This document shows, piece after piece, positions 30,596-43,958 of a stretch of DNA of 64,000 bases. The number at the start of each line of letters is the position of its first letter. Positions within the stretch are counted from its first letter, which is position 1. A program made the translations under genes and the position numbers. The stretch is from the human T2T-CHM13v2.0 reference genome, Homo sapiens, in the NCBI RefSeq assembly GCF_009914755.1, contig NC_060947.1, one strand, 5' to 3'. A model generated the notes under the pieces. That model ran no database searches. It was not told the origin of the DNA and saw only the letters and a list, made by a program, of their open reading frames with translations.

Positions 30596-31126
30596 AATGA
30601 ATGATGTTCACCCTGTGAGAAATGTCCTTTTCTGATATCCTTACCCATTTATGTACTATCATTTCTTTCTATGCATCATTCATTCCTTCTCCACAACCCA
30701 TCGCAGATGATCCTCACAAAGTCAGTCTCTTGTTTATGTCTTCTTTTCCCTTGTCTTCTTCTCTAACACTTTCATTGGCTGCCTCAGATTACAGGCACTC
30801 CTGCCTCTGGTTCTCCTGATGAAAAGCCCCTGGAAGGCAGAGAATATGTTCCAAGTATGAAGTCTGGCACTTAATGGGAGCTCAAAAAAAAGGATTATGT
30901 ATTAAACAAAAGTTTGTTAACAATAGCCAGACCATCCAATACGTTCCATTAACAAGGTTTTTTCCATAGGAGATTTTCTTCTTTTCAGGGACAAAATGTG
31001 GACATTATAAATTATATTATATAATATCAGGGATCAGAAAACTTTTTCCAAAAAGGGCCAGATAGTAAATATTTTAGGCTTTGTGGACCATAAGGTCTCT
31101 GGCAGCCATAGAAAATACATAAACAA

Positions 31127-31410
31127 GGCTGGGTGCAGTGGCTCACGCCTGCAATCCCAGCACTTTGGGCAGCCTAGGTGGGAGGAACAATTGAGGTTAG
31201 GAGTTTAAGACCAGCCTGGCCAACATTGTGAAAAACCCTGTATCTACTAAAAATACAAAAATTAGTTGGGCGTGGTGGCACGCATATGTAATTCCAGCTA
31301 CTAGGGAGGTTGAGGCAGGAAAATCGCTTGAACCCTGGAGGCAGAGGTGGCAGTGAGCCAAGATTGTGCCACTGCACTGTAGCAGCCTGGGTGACAGAGC
31401 AAGACCCTAT
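31127..31410 (+). mobile_element. AluS
   Basis: Dimer; TSD TACATAAACAA brackets the Alu together with its expanded tail. Confidence 0.95.
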
Positions 31411-31752
31411 AGAAAGAAAGAAAGAGAGAAAGAAAAAGAAAGAGAGAAAGAAAGAAAGGGGATAGATAAAGAAAGAAAGAAAGGAAGAAAGAAAGAAAGG
31501 AAGGAAGAAAGAAAGAAAGAAAGAGAAAGAAAGGAAGAAAGAAAGAGAAAGAAAGAAAGAAAGAGAAAGAAAGGAAGAAAGAAAGAAAGAAAGGAGGGAG
31601 GGAGGGAAGGAAGAAAGAAAGTGGGAGGGAGGGAGATAGAGAAAGAAAAAGAAAGAAAGAAAGAAAGGAAGGAAGAAAGAGGGAGGGAGGGAGATAAAGA
31701 GAGACAAAGAAAAGAAAGAGAAAGAAAGAAAAATAAATAAATAAATAAATAA
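31411..31752 (+). repeat. Complex (GAAA)n/(GGAA)n/(GGGA)n polypurine tract ending in (TAAA)n
   Basis: About 340 nt, almost entirely A/G. Confidence 0.97.
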
Positions 31753-32949
31753 ATTACATAAACAAATGGACACTGCTGTATTCCAATAAAACTTTATCTA
31801 TAAAAGCAGAGAGTGGGCTGGATGTGGCCCATGGGCTATAGTTTGCCAACCTGGTATTAAATCATAACATCAAAATTAGCAGGCACGATGGCTGCTGCGT
31901 TCTTCAGCTTCTCCTTTCACTAAGGCAGACAAAACACTCTCCAGTTAGGATCAAAACACACTCATTCCCATACTTCAATAAACGGCTTCTCAGTGCTGAT
32001 GTCGGTTCCTGCTGGAGGGATCCAAAAATAAATATGTGAAACTCACTTGTGAGAGTCCACTACATAAATATTTGACATTCTGCAGTATCATTTCCTTCCT
32101 CTGTATTTCTCAGTTTATAGCTCGTTGATTTTTAAACTTCATTTCCTAATTTTTTAGCATTAAAAACTAGATTCTGTTTTCAGAGTGGTGTGCCATTCCA
32201 CAAATATATAACATTTTCCTCTTCTAATGAATTCCTTTCTAATTGAGAAAAAATAAATCAGAATACTGAATTGAATATTCATTATAGTCTAAACTATATA
32301 ACAAATGTTCACAGAATTGGTAAGTGAATATTTTTCAGTACTATAAAGAAAAATTTTATTTCGGTGGAAAACTCTGTATCATCTGTAGCACATATTTCTG
32401 GTTTATCAGATCCTGGTCCTGTTCATTATCTTTGAACTATTGTGCATCACTTTATAAATTGAAGGAAACTGATATATATCATACAAACTCTGTCTTGTCT
32501 GATGGAGATTTAGTTGACTTTCTCTTCCTCAGGAAACACCAGTTAGGGTTCCTACCTGCAAATTAGACTGGATCCTGCTACCTTGCCCAGATTCTTGGTC
32601 AGTTGTTTAACAAACTTTCAGTTCTTTCCGTTTTCTTCAATATCTGGCTACGACCCTTCAAACGAACATTTCCAATTTTTCTCTCTCCTGCCTGACTCCT
32701 GAATCACCAAGAACTAAAACCTGACTGCCCAAAACCCTATTGAGATGCTGGACTTCCTTGCACTTGACCTTTTCCTCCAGGACTTAAAGAAACCTTGCAA
32801 ATCGAATCCCAAAAACTTGATATAAACCTCAAAGGACTCACTCTCACAGATGACCATGCATGGGCTGGAATTTCTGTCTGAACAAACCACTGCCTTGACC
32901 ACTAAGAAATCCAAAGAAATGCCCAGGTCATATACACACACTCTTACAT

Positions 32950-33420
32950 GAGTAGTAGCCACAACCATGGACAATATTATCAAGAGCATGGACATCCTAG
33001 CTTGAGAGCATCAAGAAAATCAGCTGTGCTGCCTAACCAACTGGTGCTCTCATAATTTGGGCCTCCAGAGGGAGCGCATGTGCCGTAGCCAGAAGCAACC
33101 ACTATACCTTTGTTCCCCAAAACTCTGATATCTTAATCACATTAGAGATGCCAACAAAGAAATTTGCTGAATATCTTCAATTCTCCTGATTCTTAATCTG
33201 AAGAGTTTCCTCTATCCATTTCTTGGAATCCAGTAGCCTGGTTGCCCTCAGGGTTCAACTCCTAGCTCTTTATAGGTTAACATAACCTTTTATTTTTATA
33301 TCAGTGTTTCTGTATTTTACTTTAAGCATCCCTCTTTTGAAATGCCTGATTTCTAGGCCCCTAAAACAATTTACCTTTGCTACCGCCTCTCAAAAGATAG
33401 ATCAACTGATTTTACCGGAC
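32950..33420 (+). pseudogene. Degenerate ERV env transmembrane-subunit relic
   Basis: Hand translation 33023-33129: AVLPNQLVL, frameshift, LIIWASRGSACAVARSNHYTFVPQNSD, resembling the VLQNRxALDxLLAxxGGxCA..CCTFI immunosuppressive motif; then SWNPVAWLPSG and a hydrophobic stretch. Confidence 0.55.
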
Positions 33421-33504
33421 ATTGCTGTGGGGGAGAAAAAATAAATTTCTCTTTACCCTTCACCATTCTTAACTGGGACTTCCTGTAACAAAAGGCAGAT
33501 TCCT

Positions 33505-33782
33505 GGCCGGGCGCAGTGGCTCACACCTGTAATGCCAACATTTTGGGAGGCTGAGGAGGGCAGATCACTTGAAGTTAGGAGTTTGAGACCAGCCTGGCCA
33601 ACATGATGAAACCCCGTTTCTACCAAAAATACAAAAATTAGCCGGGGGTAGTGGCAGGCGCCTGTAATCCCAGCTACTCGGGAGGCTGAGGCAGGAGGCA
33701 GAGGTTGCAGTGAGCTGAGATTGCACCACTGCACTCCAGCCTGGGTGACAGAGTAAGACTCCGCCTCAAAAAAAAAAAAAAA
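33505..33782 (+). mobile_element. AluS with a ~20-nt right-arm deletion
   Basis: Dimer with poly-A; GCAGGAG joined to GCAGAGG. Confidence 0.95.
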
Positions 33783-33823
33783 ATTAACAAGAGAAAAAAA
33801 CAGAAGTTTATTAATACATATGT

Positions 33824-34288
33824 TGACAAAGATTCTTTGCTTGGTCAAACTTTACTCAGGCTTTTGAACCTTCTGCTAGGCCCATCTGTGCACTTCTCTG
33901 TAAAATTCAGTTTTAGCAAAAACTCTGCTAAGTCAGTTTAGCAAGAATCCCCCAGCCTTGACATCTGATCGAGTTCCTCATACTCCACCATCCCCCAGGT
34001 GATATCTGTTCACCCTGGCCTGTCCTCAGCAAGAATCCTGTTAGATCAGTTGAACCAGAATCTACATTACTCTTGATGTTCCCCTTAGTCGTTGTCCATC
34101 CACAGACCCCCACACTGCTCCTTGGCCATAAATTCCCACCTGCCCAGGCTGTATTCAGAGTTGAGTCCAATCTCTCTGCCCTGCTGCAAGGCCCTGTTGC
34201 AGTGGTCTCTATAAATACCATGATGGTCTTGGGTAAAGTATTCCTTACAGTGCTTTAACAAGTAACATTAAGTATTTTTTCTTTAACA
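33824..34288 (+). mobile_element. MER31-family LTR (A-like)
   Basis: TGACAAAGATTCTTTGCTTGGTCAAACTTTACTCAGGC...CTTTAACA; near-TSD ATGT/ATAT. Confidence 0.78.
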
Positions 34289-34296
34289 ATATCTTG

Positions 34297-34570
34297 GGCC
34301 AGGTGTGGTGGCTCATGCCAGTAATCCCAACACTTTAGGAGGCCAAGGCAAGAGGATTGTTTGAGCCCAGGAGCTCAAGACCAGCCTGGCCAATATAGAG
34401 AGAACCCATCACTACAAAAAATTTTAAAAATTATCCAAGCGTGGTAGCACACGCCTGTAATCCTAGCTACTTGCAGAAGGATGCTTGAGCCCAGGAGGTT
34501 GAGGCTGCAGTGAGCAAAGATTGTGTCACTGCAGTGCAGCCTGGGCAACAGAGTGAGACCCTGTCTCAAA
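34297..34570 (+). mobile_element. AluJ
   Basis: GAGGATTGTTTGAGCCCAGGAG, GAGGTTGAGGCTGCAGTGAGC. Confidence 0.93.
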
Positions 34571-35870
34571 TATATAATATATACTATATAGTATATATTA
34601 ATATATTATATATTTTTATATATAGTATATATTCATATATATTATATATTTTTATATATAGTATATATATATTATATATTTTATATATAGTATCTATAAA
34701 TACATATTATATATTTTATATATAGTATATATATTATATATTTTACATATAGTATCTATAAATATATATTATATATTTTACATATAGTATCTATAAATAT
34801 ATATTATATATTTTATATATAGTATCTATAAATATATATTATATATTTTATATATAGTATCTATAAATATATATTATATATTTTATATATAGTATATATA
34901 TTAATATATTATATATTTTATATATAGTATCTATAAATATATATTATATATTTTATATATAGTATCTATAAATATATATTATATATTTTATATATAGTAT
35001 CTATATTAATATATATTATATATTTTATATATAGTATCTATAAATATATATTATATATTTTATACATAGTATCTATAAATATATATTATATATTTTATAC
35101 ATAGTATCTATATTAATATATATTATATATTTTATACATAGTATCTATAAATATATATTACATATTTTATACATAGTATCTATATTAATATATATTATAT
35201 ATTTTATACATAGTATCTATATTAATATATATTATATATTTTATACATAGTATCTATAAATATATATTATATATTTTATACATAGTATCTATAAATATAT
35301 ATTATATATTTATACATAGTATCTATAAATATATTATATATTTTATACATAGTATCTATATTAATATATATTATATATTTTATACATAGTATCTATATTA
35401 ATATATATTATATATTTTATACATAGTATCTATATTAATATATATTATATATTTTATACATAGTGTCTATATTAATATATATTATATATTTTATACATAG
35501 TGTCTATATTAATATATATTACATATTTTATACATAGTGTCTATATTAATATATATTATATATTTTATACATAGTGTCTATATTAATATATTATATATTT
35601 TATACATAGCATCTATATTAATATATATCATATATTTATAAATAGTATCTATATTATTATATTAATTATATATATTAAATATATATAATTATGTATAATT
35701 ATGTATATATTAAATATATAATTATATATAATATATAATTATAATATATAATTATAATATATATTATATATAATATATAATTATAATATATATTATATAT
35801 TTTAATATATAGTATATATATTAAAATATATTATACATATTAATATATTATATATTAATATATAGTATAC
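34571..35870. repeat. AT-rich minisatellite (33-37-bp units) grading into low-complexity (TA)n
   Basis: Repeating AGTATCTATA(A/TTA)ATATATATTATATATTTTATA(T/C)AT; measured periods 35 (35068 to 35103) and 37 (35103 to 35140). Confidence 0.96.
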
Positions 35871-36289
35871 ATGAGAGAAAATTTAGAGAAATTAGTAAAT
35901 ATCCAGAGTAGATCTCAAAGAAAGAGTATAAACTTCAAGCATGAATACCATTGTTTGCTGAAACTAATAAGGGTGTGGGGAAATCCCACGCCAAGACAGA
36001 TTGCCAGGAAAAGCACCATAAATAAAAGCAATGTTTGTCATGCTGATTTAAGTCATGCCTTCTCCGTTGTTTAATAGTGATTTAATCATTCTTCTCCTCC
36101 GGTTACTGAGAGGGAGAGACCCTTATGAAAGGAGATTTCCTTTATACATATAAATTTCTCTTCCAAAAGAGCAACTTTCCAGAACTACTCCTGTATTTAC
36201 AGTTTTTCAAAATAACCAATATGCCAAAGGGGCATATTCTGGTCTCTGGTCATATTTTGGGGTGGTGTGTCCTGATCTGCAACAATGTC

Positions 36290-36742
36290 AAGAAGAGTCC
36301 TGGAAAGATTATTTCTTAGACCCTACCTCCCCTATTCAGGAGTTTTATAATCACTGAGCTTTTAAGCAACTCATGATTCATCTTGAACAAAAGGGGAGAC
36401 TGAGCACATTGAATTTTATCTGAGCCCTCTCTCAGAAAGTAGAAATGATTATGAAATAAATTCCCTACCTCTTTACTTTCCAGGAAAGGGTAAGTGCAAA
36501 GGACCACCTTGCCAATGGTATTCAGAAATAAGACCCACCTCTACCCTTCCTCATGGCTCCTCATGACTCCCATAAGACTTCCTGCCCACCGTTTCCCAAG
36601 ACTCCTTGGTTTTTGTGCCTCTATAAAACCTCAGGTGCTAGCCATCTTCTTTAATGAAGAATTAACTAATGAATATTCTCCCTATTGTACTAATCTGAAC
36701 TAAATCATCTCCTTAATTATCCAGTGCACTTTGCCTCTGACA
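36290..36742 (+). mobile_element. Old ERV1-type LTR, family unresolved
   Basis: CTATAAAA TATA box at ~36621, degenerate poly-A region and TTTGCCTCTGACA terminus; start uncertain. Confidence 0.5.
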
Positions 36743-37029
36743 GTATTTTCACAAATTTTAAAATGAGCGTTTATTATTCTTACAGTAAAAAAAAGAATTT
36801 AAGTAGCACAAAAGTCCTTTTTTGTATTCCTTTCAGAAAGTGTTTTGGTTTTCTTGATCAGATGATGATTTTCCAGTGGAATAAAAGGAACAAATGGTTT
36901 TTGAGCTTCGTATCAGTTACTTTGCATGCATTCTTTTTGGAGATGGCCATAGTTGCAGATGTTAGGACCTCTATTTTATTGGTGAGGACACAGGCTCAGG
37001 GACAATGGTTTGCTGTGTTGGACATAGGC

Positions 37030-37517
37030 TGTGCTGACGTTCAGCATTCTTTGCACCTCCTTCTATGCTCTCCTGGTTTTCAAAGGTTAAACACATGGAA
37101 TCACATGTCCCAGACTCTTTCACCAGCAGGATTCTGGATTCATTTTAGGTTTGCCTGATGAAATGTATTTGCATAAGATTTGGAAGGTAAAGGAAAAGCA
37201 CCAGTGGGTAGACCTGTATGTGTCAGTAGATGTTAATTTTTTCATCAGCTTTCGAATGTTTCTCTGTTAATCTCCCTCCCTGATGCTGCCAGCTCCCTGT
37301 CACCATCAGAGGTGGCCTCTTGAAATTCCTTTCTTGGACAACAGAAGCAACTTCCTAAGTCTCTGAAAGTGACCAGTGTGTCTGAGAGCTAGCAGTGGCC
37401 TTTCCTGACCTTTGCTCCTCCAGCCCTCCCAACAATCACATAAGTACCTAAGCCTCTCTGTTATCACCACTTTTTTATTGAAATCCTGAGTAATTTCTGT
37501 TTTCTTTCCATAACACA
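37030..37517 (+). mobile_element. Old ERVL-type LTR (LTR33/LTR41-like)
   Basis: CACATGTCCCAGACTCTTTCACCAGCAGG..ATAAGATTTGGAAGG..TTTCTGTTTTCT..AACACA. Confidence 0.5.
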
Positions 37518-37603
37518 GGGATGTCTGATATTACAAACCTCAGAAGCACAGAGCTAAACCTTTGATCTAGCTCTGTTTGATTCCATAGCCCAAGTTCTTA
37601 GTC

Positions 37604-38148
37604 TGAAGGGTACCAAAATATGCCACCCCAAAATAATGCATCTTTGGCATATGGATTATTTTGAGCTAAAAGCAATTGAGAAGAAGCAGATGCAGGAAAA
37701 GCTCTCTATCTCCCCCTAACTGCCTAAAATGGAGTATACATTTTATCCTTTTAAAAGGATTTTACATTTATAAAGGAAATTTCCATTTTTAAAGATATTT
37801 CATAAGAGGAAGAGAACTACTCCAGAGTTTTATCACCTGAGAGATGTATCTGCATAACCAGAGAACCCTTATTTACTAGATACTTCCTCTCCTCCCCTTC
37901 TTATAACTTGCCTCCCCCACCCAGAAGCTCCAAACCCCTTTTCCTTTGTTTAGCCTAAGATGGTGTATAAGCCTCAATCGCCTCAATCATCCGGCCACCT
38001 CCTTGACTCTCATTTCTTTGTAAGACTCCCATATGTATGTAATTAAAACTATTTTTTTCTCTTGTTAATCTCTTTTACCAGTTTGATTCACAGGCTTTAG
38101 CCACTGAACCTAGGAGAGTACAGGGAAAAGGATATTTCCTCCCCTACA
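37604..38148 (+). mobile_element. MER34-family solo LTR
   Basis: TGAAGGGTACCAAAATATGCCACCCCAAAATA..TTTGGCATATGGATTATTTTGAGCT...CCTCCCCTACA. Confidence 0.85.
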
Positions 38149-39129
38149 TCTACTACCACTCTGGTTCATCAGCAGTACTTGCATTCCATCCTGGAATGGC
38201 CTCCTTCATGGAGGCTCCTTGGTGCCAACGGCCAACTCAATGGAGTCTTGAGAGCAAGAAGGGAGATAAGAGGAAGAATGAGGAGAGTGAGTCTTCTAAG
38301 GCAACTTCCTAGAACGGAAAAACATGCTATAGCTGTTGGACGCATGAGGGAAATGTCAAAAAAAAAACCCACACATCAAGTAAATATTTATTCTGTATAA
38401 GGTAAACTTTTAAAAGTTTCATCAAGAGGATACCACAATGGAGCCAGAATCTAGTTCGTGTAACCTGAGTCCTACTCAAACCCTCTCCCACCTGCTGTGC
38501 CTAGGGTGCAAGAGAGGGCTATAGGCTAAACTTGGAAGTGGTCAAAGTCTGCCCTTTGGCTCCAGCTCACCACTTCTGATGTCAGCCCCTTTTTACCCTG
38601 CCAGGTTCCCACCCCACCCACTGTAGATATCAATCTCATTAATCCTTGTTAACTGATCATAAATTAAAGTGTGACAGTCTGCCAGGATATTTGAACTTCA
38701 ATAAGGAATACCCAGGCAAAGTCTTCTCGGGCTCTGCCGCCCAAACCCATGAAGGAGGATTTGGCAAGCCACTTTAGATACACCTCTAAACCCTGATTTT
38801 GCCCACACCCACGAAGCATAACATAGACACTATTGCTATAAGATGGAAATCTACCCTTTCCTTGGAAATCTTCAGAGAAAGCCCTTCTGCCACCAGGTTC
38901 TAGTTTCGAACAATTCAAACTTGGGGGTTACTACCAAATTTTTACTAAACCGAGGCACAGAAGAATTTCCTAAATAAAAAACTATAAGCCTCTCTGTCCC
39001 TAGAAATGTGTGAAGGGATTTAAGGGAACAGGAGAACTTTGACTCAGCCGTATCTCAACTTCTCCACAGATGTAGATTTCCTTGGATTAGTATCAGACTG
39101 GAAGCATGAATATCCTGCATACATGTGAC

Positions 39130-39180
39130 AACACACACACATACATACAAAGACACACATACACACACACACACACACAG
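39130..39180. repeat. Imperfect (CA)n microsatellite
   Basis: ACACACACACATACATACAAAGACACACATACACACACACACACACACAG. Confidence 0.9.
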
Positions 39181-40051
39181 ACACGTCTTCCCTTCTTTTT
39201 CACCTCCAGTCTTTCTCAATTGTGTTATCTAAAATTAGATCAACTCCACTCTTCCCACACACATGTATTATGCTCAAATACCTTAAGGTTAAATTCCTAG
39301 CTGTTAACAGCATAAGGGGTACAGTTAAAGACAGCTCCTAAGGTGAGCCTCACCAAACTCTCTCCCCTGATGGGTGAAATCTTGGGGAGTTTGGATCATT
39401 TCCACTTCAAAAGGGTTTTAAGAGTTGCTTGCTGGTCTCCTCTGACAAAAGCCTTTTGAGCCTTTAACAGAGTATTTTATTTCTTAAAAGATCAAAGTCA
39501 CACAACTCCATGAATAAGTGAATTCAAGATTTCAAGATTAAGGCATTCAAGTTCAGTATAAAAATCTAACCTCTGGCCCAAGTTGGGCTGCCAATTTAAC
39601 AAATATTTTTAAACTTATATTTGATTAAAAAAAAAAAGACTATGCCTGCCTGCAACTCTCCATGCCTCCTCCTTCTCCTTTATTTGTGTTGTCTTTCATT
39701 TACCACATCCCACAACTACATTTTGTGATTTCCTTTGTTTGTACAATCTTTATTTTTATCTTTATTAACAATCACAATAATTTAAATTATCCCAGTTCTA
39801 GCACATACATGACATAATTTAACACCCTATGAAGTTTCTATTGTGATGCTTAACATTCAAGTAAAAAATTGAGGCTCAGTGACGTCAATGGTTCCATTCA
39901 AGAAGTGGCAAAATAAGATAGGCACTCTGCTCATCTGATTCCAAAATCAGTACTTATTCATGGAATTTTTTTCAACAGATATTAAGAAATGACTTTATGC
40001 TAGGTACTGTACTAAACACTAGGAATAGTACAGTGATGGACAGGTAGCTTA

Positions 40052-40799
40052 TGAAACCACCTTTGCAAAATTATGGCAATAAGAGAAATATGACATAGTT
40101 GACTCCATCTTGCTTCTAACCTCCAAGCTGTCTTTGTTCATTCCTGAGAATAGGCCAAGCTAACTTTGGGAGGGATTTAGTTTATAGGTTAACCTTAAAG
40201 CAAAGATGATAATAGCCCTTCTTAAAACTATCCCCTTCTTGTTTGGAGACTGAAACTGCCTTTGTGAAGCTAATAAAAGGCCACAAGTTTAGGATTATGG
40301 GAGGGGCCTGAACTCTGCTAAGATGTAGGGGTAGTCAAATGATAACCAGCCATTGTTCCAGAGGTCACAAGATTTATGACTTCCCCAATTGCTCCTATAG
40401 GTAAAATCACTATTGTAGAACCTAAGATTGGTCTCTTGAGATGTCTTTTAGACTTTTGCATTCTGGCAACTGAATGACTCTACTCAGACCTATGACTTGT
40501 GACTCACCTGGTCCTCTGGACCCTGCCCAGAGGCTGACCCAGTGAACAAGGACCATTTTCCACACCCCTGTGATTTCATCCCCAACCAATCAGCAGCACC
40601 CATTCCCTAGCCCCCTGCCCACCAAATGATTCACAAAAATTCTAGCCTCTGAGTTCCTAGGAAGACTGACTTGAGTAATGAACTCCTGTCTTCCACATGG
40701 CTAGCCCTAGATTAAACTCTTTCTTTATTGCAATATTGCTGTCTCAGTGAATTGGCTCTATATGTGCAGAGGGCAAGAAGATCCTGTTGGGTGATTATA
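40052..40799 (+). mobile_element. LTR8-family solo LTR (LTR8A/8B-like)
   Basis: TGAAACCACCTTTGCAAAATTAT..GACTCCATCTTGCTTCTAACCTCCAAGCTGTC; end GGGCAAGAAGATCCTGTTGGGTGATTATA. Confidence 0.85.
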
Positions 40800-41043
40800 C
40801 ATTATACCCCAACTGCCTATATTCACTCTATTTGCCCCCAATTATTTCATATTTCCTTTATTTTGGGGCATTATAAATGTTCAATATATACTTATTGAAT
40901 TGAATTGAATTGAAAATGCCCTATTATGTACATGAAAGATGGTTTGAATGGCAAGTGTCATATTCTCAACTGGATAGGTTTCTGCAGGGTACATCTGTTG
41001 AGGGATGAGTTTCTAGCTTAAATTATATTGATCAAGTAGATAG

Positions 41044-41527
41044 TGACAGACTCTCCTTGACCAAACTTTAGTCAGGCTCCCCTGAATTCTTTTCCCAAAT
41101 GGGCCTCAACTTTTGGACTTCCATGTCCATCTTTGCATCACTCAACTTTAGCAAGAATCCTGCTACATCAGTTTGGCCAGAAACTGCCCCCCCAACTCAA
41201 TATCTGATCACCCTCAATATCTGATCGGGTTCCTTGTCCTTCACCATCCCCCAGGTGATTTGTGATCCCCCTGGCCTGTCTTCAGTAAGAATCTTGTTAG
41301 GCCAGTTTAGCCAGAAATCCCCCTTACCCCTGATGTTTCCTCTTAGTAATTTCCCATCCACTGATCCCCATGGACCCTGCTCCCTGGCAATAAATTCCTA
41401 CAGTTTTTGTTGTATTCAAAATGGAGTCCAGTCCTATACTGAAGTCTCTTTTCCCCTATGGCAATAGTCCTAGATAAAATCTGTTTTACCACTTTTACCA
41501 CTGTCAGGCTCTGGTTTGTCTTTAACA
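41044..41527 (+). mobile_element. MER31-family LTR (B-like)
   Basis: TGACAGACTCTCCTTGACCAAACTTTAGTCAGGCTCC...CTTTAACA; exact 4-bp TSD ATAG. Confidence 0.82.
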
Positions 41528-41659
41528 ATAGCAGAAAGGAGCCTCAAATTCAGTTACCAGAAGCTCAACCAAGACTCAATATGATGGCATCTGCTTTCTT
41601 CCTTTTTTGTTATCAGTCTGTTCAAACAGCAATCAAAGGGGCCTTGTAATTACACAAAC

Positions 41660-42202
41660 TGTAGGGGAGGAAAACTTGTTTCCTTCTGCATTTCTAGGTT
41701 CTTTGGCTAGTCTACAAATTACATTGGCGTAAGACAAATTAACAGGATAAAAAAAAATTTATGTAAATAAACACAGAAGTTCCACAAAAATATGAGACTC
41801 AAGGAAGCAGCCGGATGATTGAGGCTTATCTATCCTGCTGAGCTATAGAAAAGAATAGGGGCATGGGACTTTTGTGGGGTGGTGGAGACAGATTATGGAA
41901 AGGTGAAGAGAGAAAATGTATGGTGAATAAAGGTTGTCTTGTTTTACAGATAAAAGTCTCTCAGGTGATAAAAGTTGTCTTGAACTAGCTCTCTTCCTGG
42001 TACAGATACCTCTACTAATAAGATTTCCTTTATAAATGCAAATTTCCTTTACAAAAGGGGAATTTTATATTTTATTTTAGGCAGTTGAGGGGGAGGTGAA
42101 GAGCTTTTTTCCTGCATTGGCTGGTTCTCAATTTCTTTTAGCTCAAAATAATCAATATGCCAAAATGGCATATTTTGGGGTGACATGTTCTGAACCCCTT
42201 CA
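41660..42202 (-). mobile_element. MER34-family solo LTR
   Basis: TGTAGGGGAGGAAAA...ATGCCAAAATGGCATATTTTGGGGTGACATGTTCTGAACCCCTTCA. Confidence 0.85.
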
Positions 42203-42300
42203 AAATAAAGTTTCAAACCTGCTTAACATCCTGCTTAAAATAACCTCAATAGCTTCCCATTGTTATTAAAATAAAATCTAAGCACCTTCCCTTGGCCTAA

Positions 42301-42485
42301 CAGTGGTTCTTAAAACGTGGTCCCTGGACCCAGCAGCAGCAGCAGCATCTGTAAACTTGTTAAAAACGTAAATTCTCAGACTCACCCAGACCTCCAGAAT
42401 CAGAAACTCTAGGGGTGGGACCCAAGAACCGGTGACTTAATCCCTCCAGGTGATTCTGATGTTCGCTGGAGTTTGGGAATCATTG
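42301..42485. mobile_element. MER5A-like hAT-Charlie MITE within L2 sequence
   Basis: CAGTGGTTCTTAAAACGTGGTCCCTGGACC..GAATCAGAAACTCTAGGGGTGGG..CCCTCCAGGTGATTCTGAT. Confidence 0.85.
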
Positions 42486-42598
42486 GCCTCTACTACCCCA
42501 TCCAGCCTGACCCTTGCAGGCATTTCTGACCTCCTCCAGTTCAACTTCCTCCATGGTCCACTCCACTTCAGCTACTCTGGCCTTCTTTCTTCCAATTA

Positions 42599-43069
<471 letters not shown>

Positions 43070-43384
43070 CTACTTATATCCAAAGCCACTTTCTTCCATC
43101 CACTATTGTATTACTTCCTGTTATTTTCTTCATAACAGTTATCACCACCGTAGGGGAGAAAAAACTTTTCCTCTACCCTCTTATGTTTATTAGCTGGGGG
43201 CCTGTAAATTAAACCAATACAAGACAGAGTAACAAGAAAAAAACAGCATACATATTTAATTGATGTGTTTAATTAATTGTACATGCATAAGGGCAGGGGC
43301 CACACAGAAAAGGAGTGAAAACCTCAGAGGTGGTTAGACTCAGGGGTTTCTATATGATTTTAACAAAAGGGTGATTTGGGGGAG

Positions 43385-43620
43385 TTTGAGGTGGAAGGAT
43401 TGCTTGAGGCCAGGAGTTTGACACCAGCCTGGACAATGCAGAGACCCCTCCATCTCTACAAAAACTAAAAAAAAAACTAGGCAGGTATGGTGGTGCATGC
43501 CTGTAGTACCAGCTGACGTGGGAAGATCACTTGAGCTCACGGGGTTGGGGCTGCAGTGAGCTATGATCATACCACTGCACTCTAGCCTGATCAACAGAAT
43601 GAGACCCTGTCTCTAGAAAA
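43385..43620 (+). mobile_element. 5'-truncated AluJ
   Basis: Starts at TTTGAGGTGGAAGGATTGCTTGAGGCC. Confidence 0.88.
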
Positions 43621-43636
43621 ACAGTAACAAAAGTGT

Positions 43637-43958
<322 letters not shown>

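Larger units (their letters stand above)
31028..31853. mobile_element. MER58A-like hAT-Charlie MITE split by an Alu
   Basis: CAGGGATCAGAAAACTTTTTCC..GGGCCAGATAGTAAATATTTTAGGC and GGCCCATGGGCTATAGTTTGCCAACCTG. Confidence 0.85.
33426..36284 (-). mobile_element. MER34-family LTR split by two Alus, a MER31 LTR and an AT minisatellite
   Basis: TGTGGGGGAGAAAAAAT..CCTGTAACAAAAGGCAGATT at left; ATGCCAAAGGGGCATATT..ATATTTTGGGGTGG at right. Confidence 0.8.

Noticed and set aside
31174-31773. 199-aa F/S/L-rich and 124-aa K/E/R-rich ORFs
   Set aside because: Translations of the polypurine microsatellite plus Alu.
34571-35870. Regularly spaced 33-37-bp repeats as a CRISPR array
   Set aside because: No unique spacers, eukaryotic context and no cas genes; it is a minisatellite.
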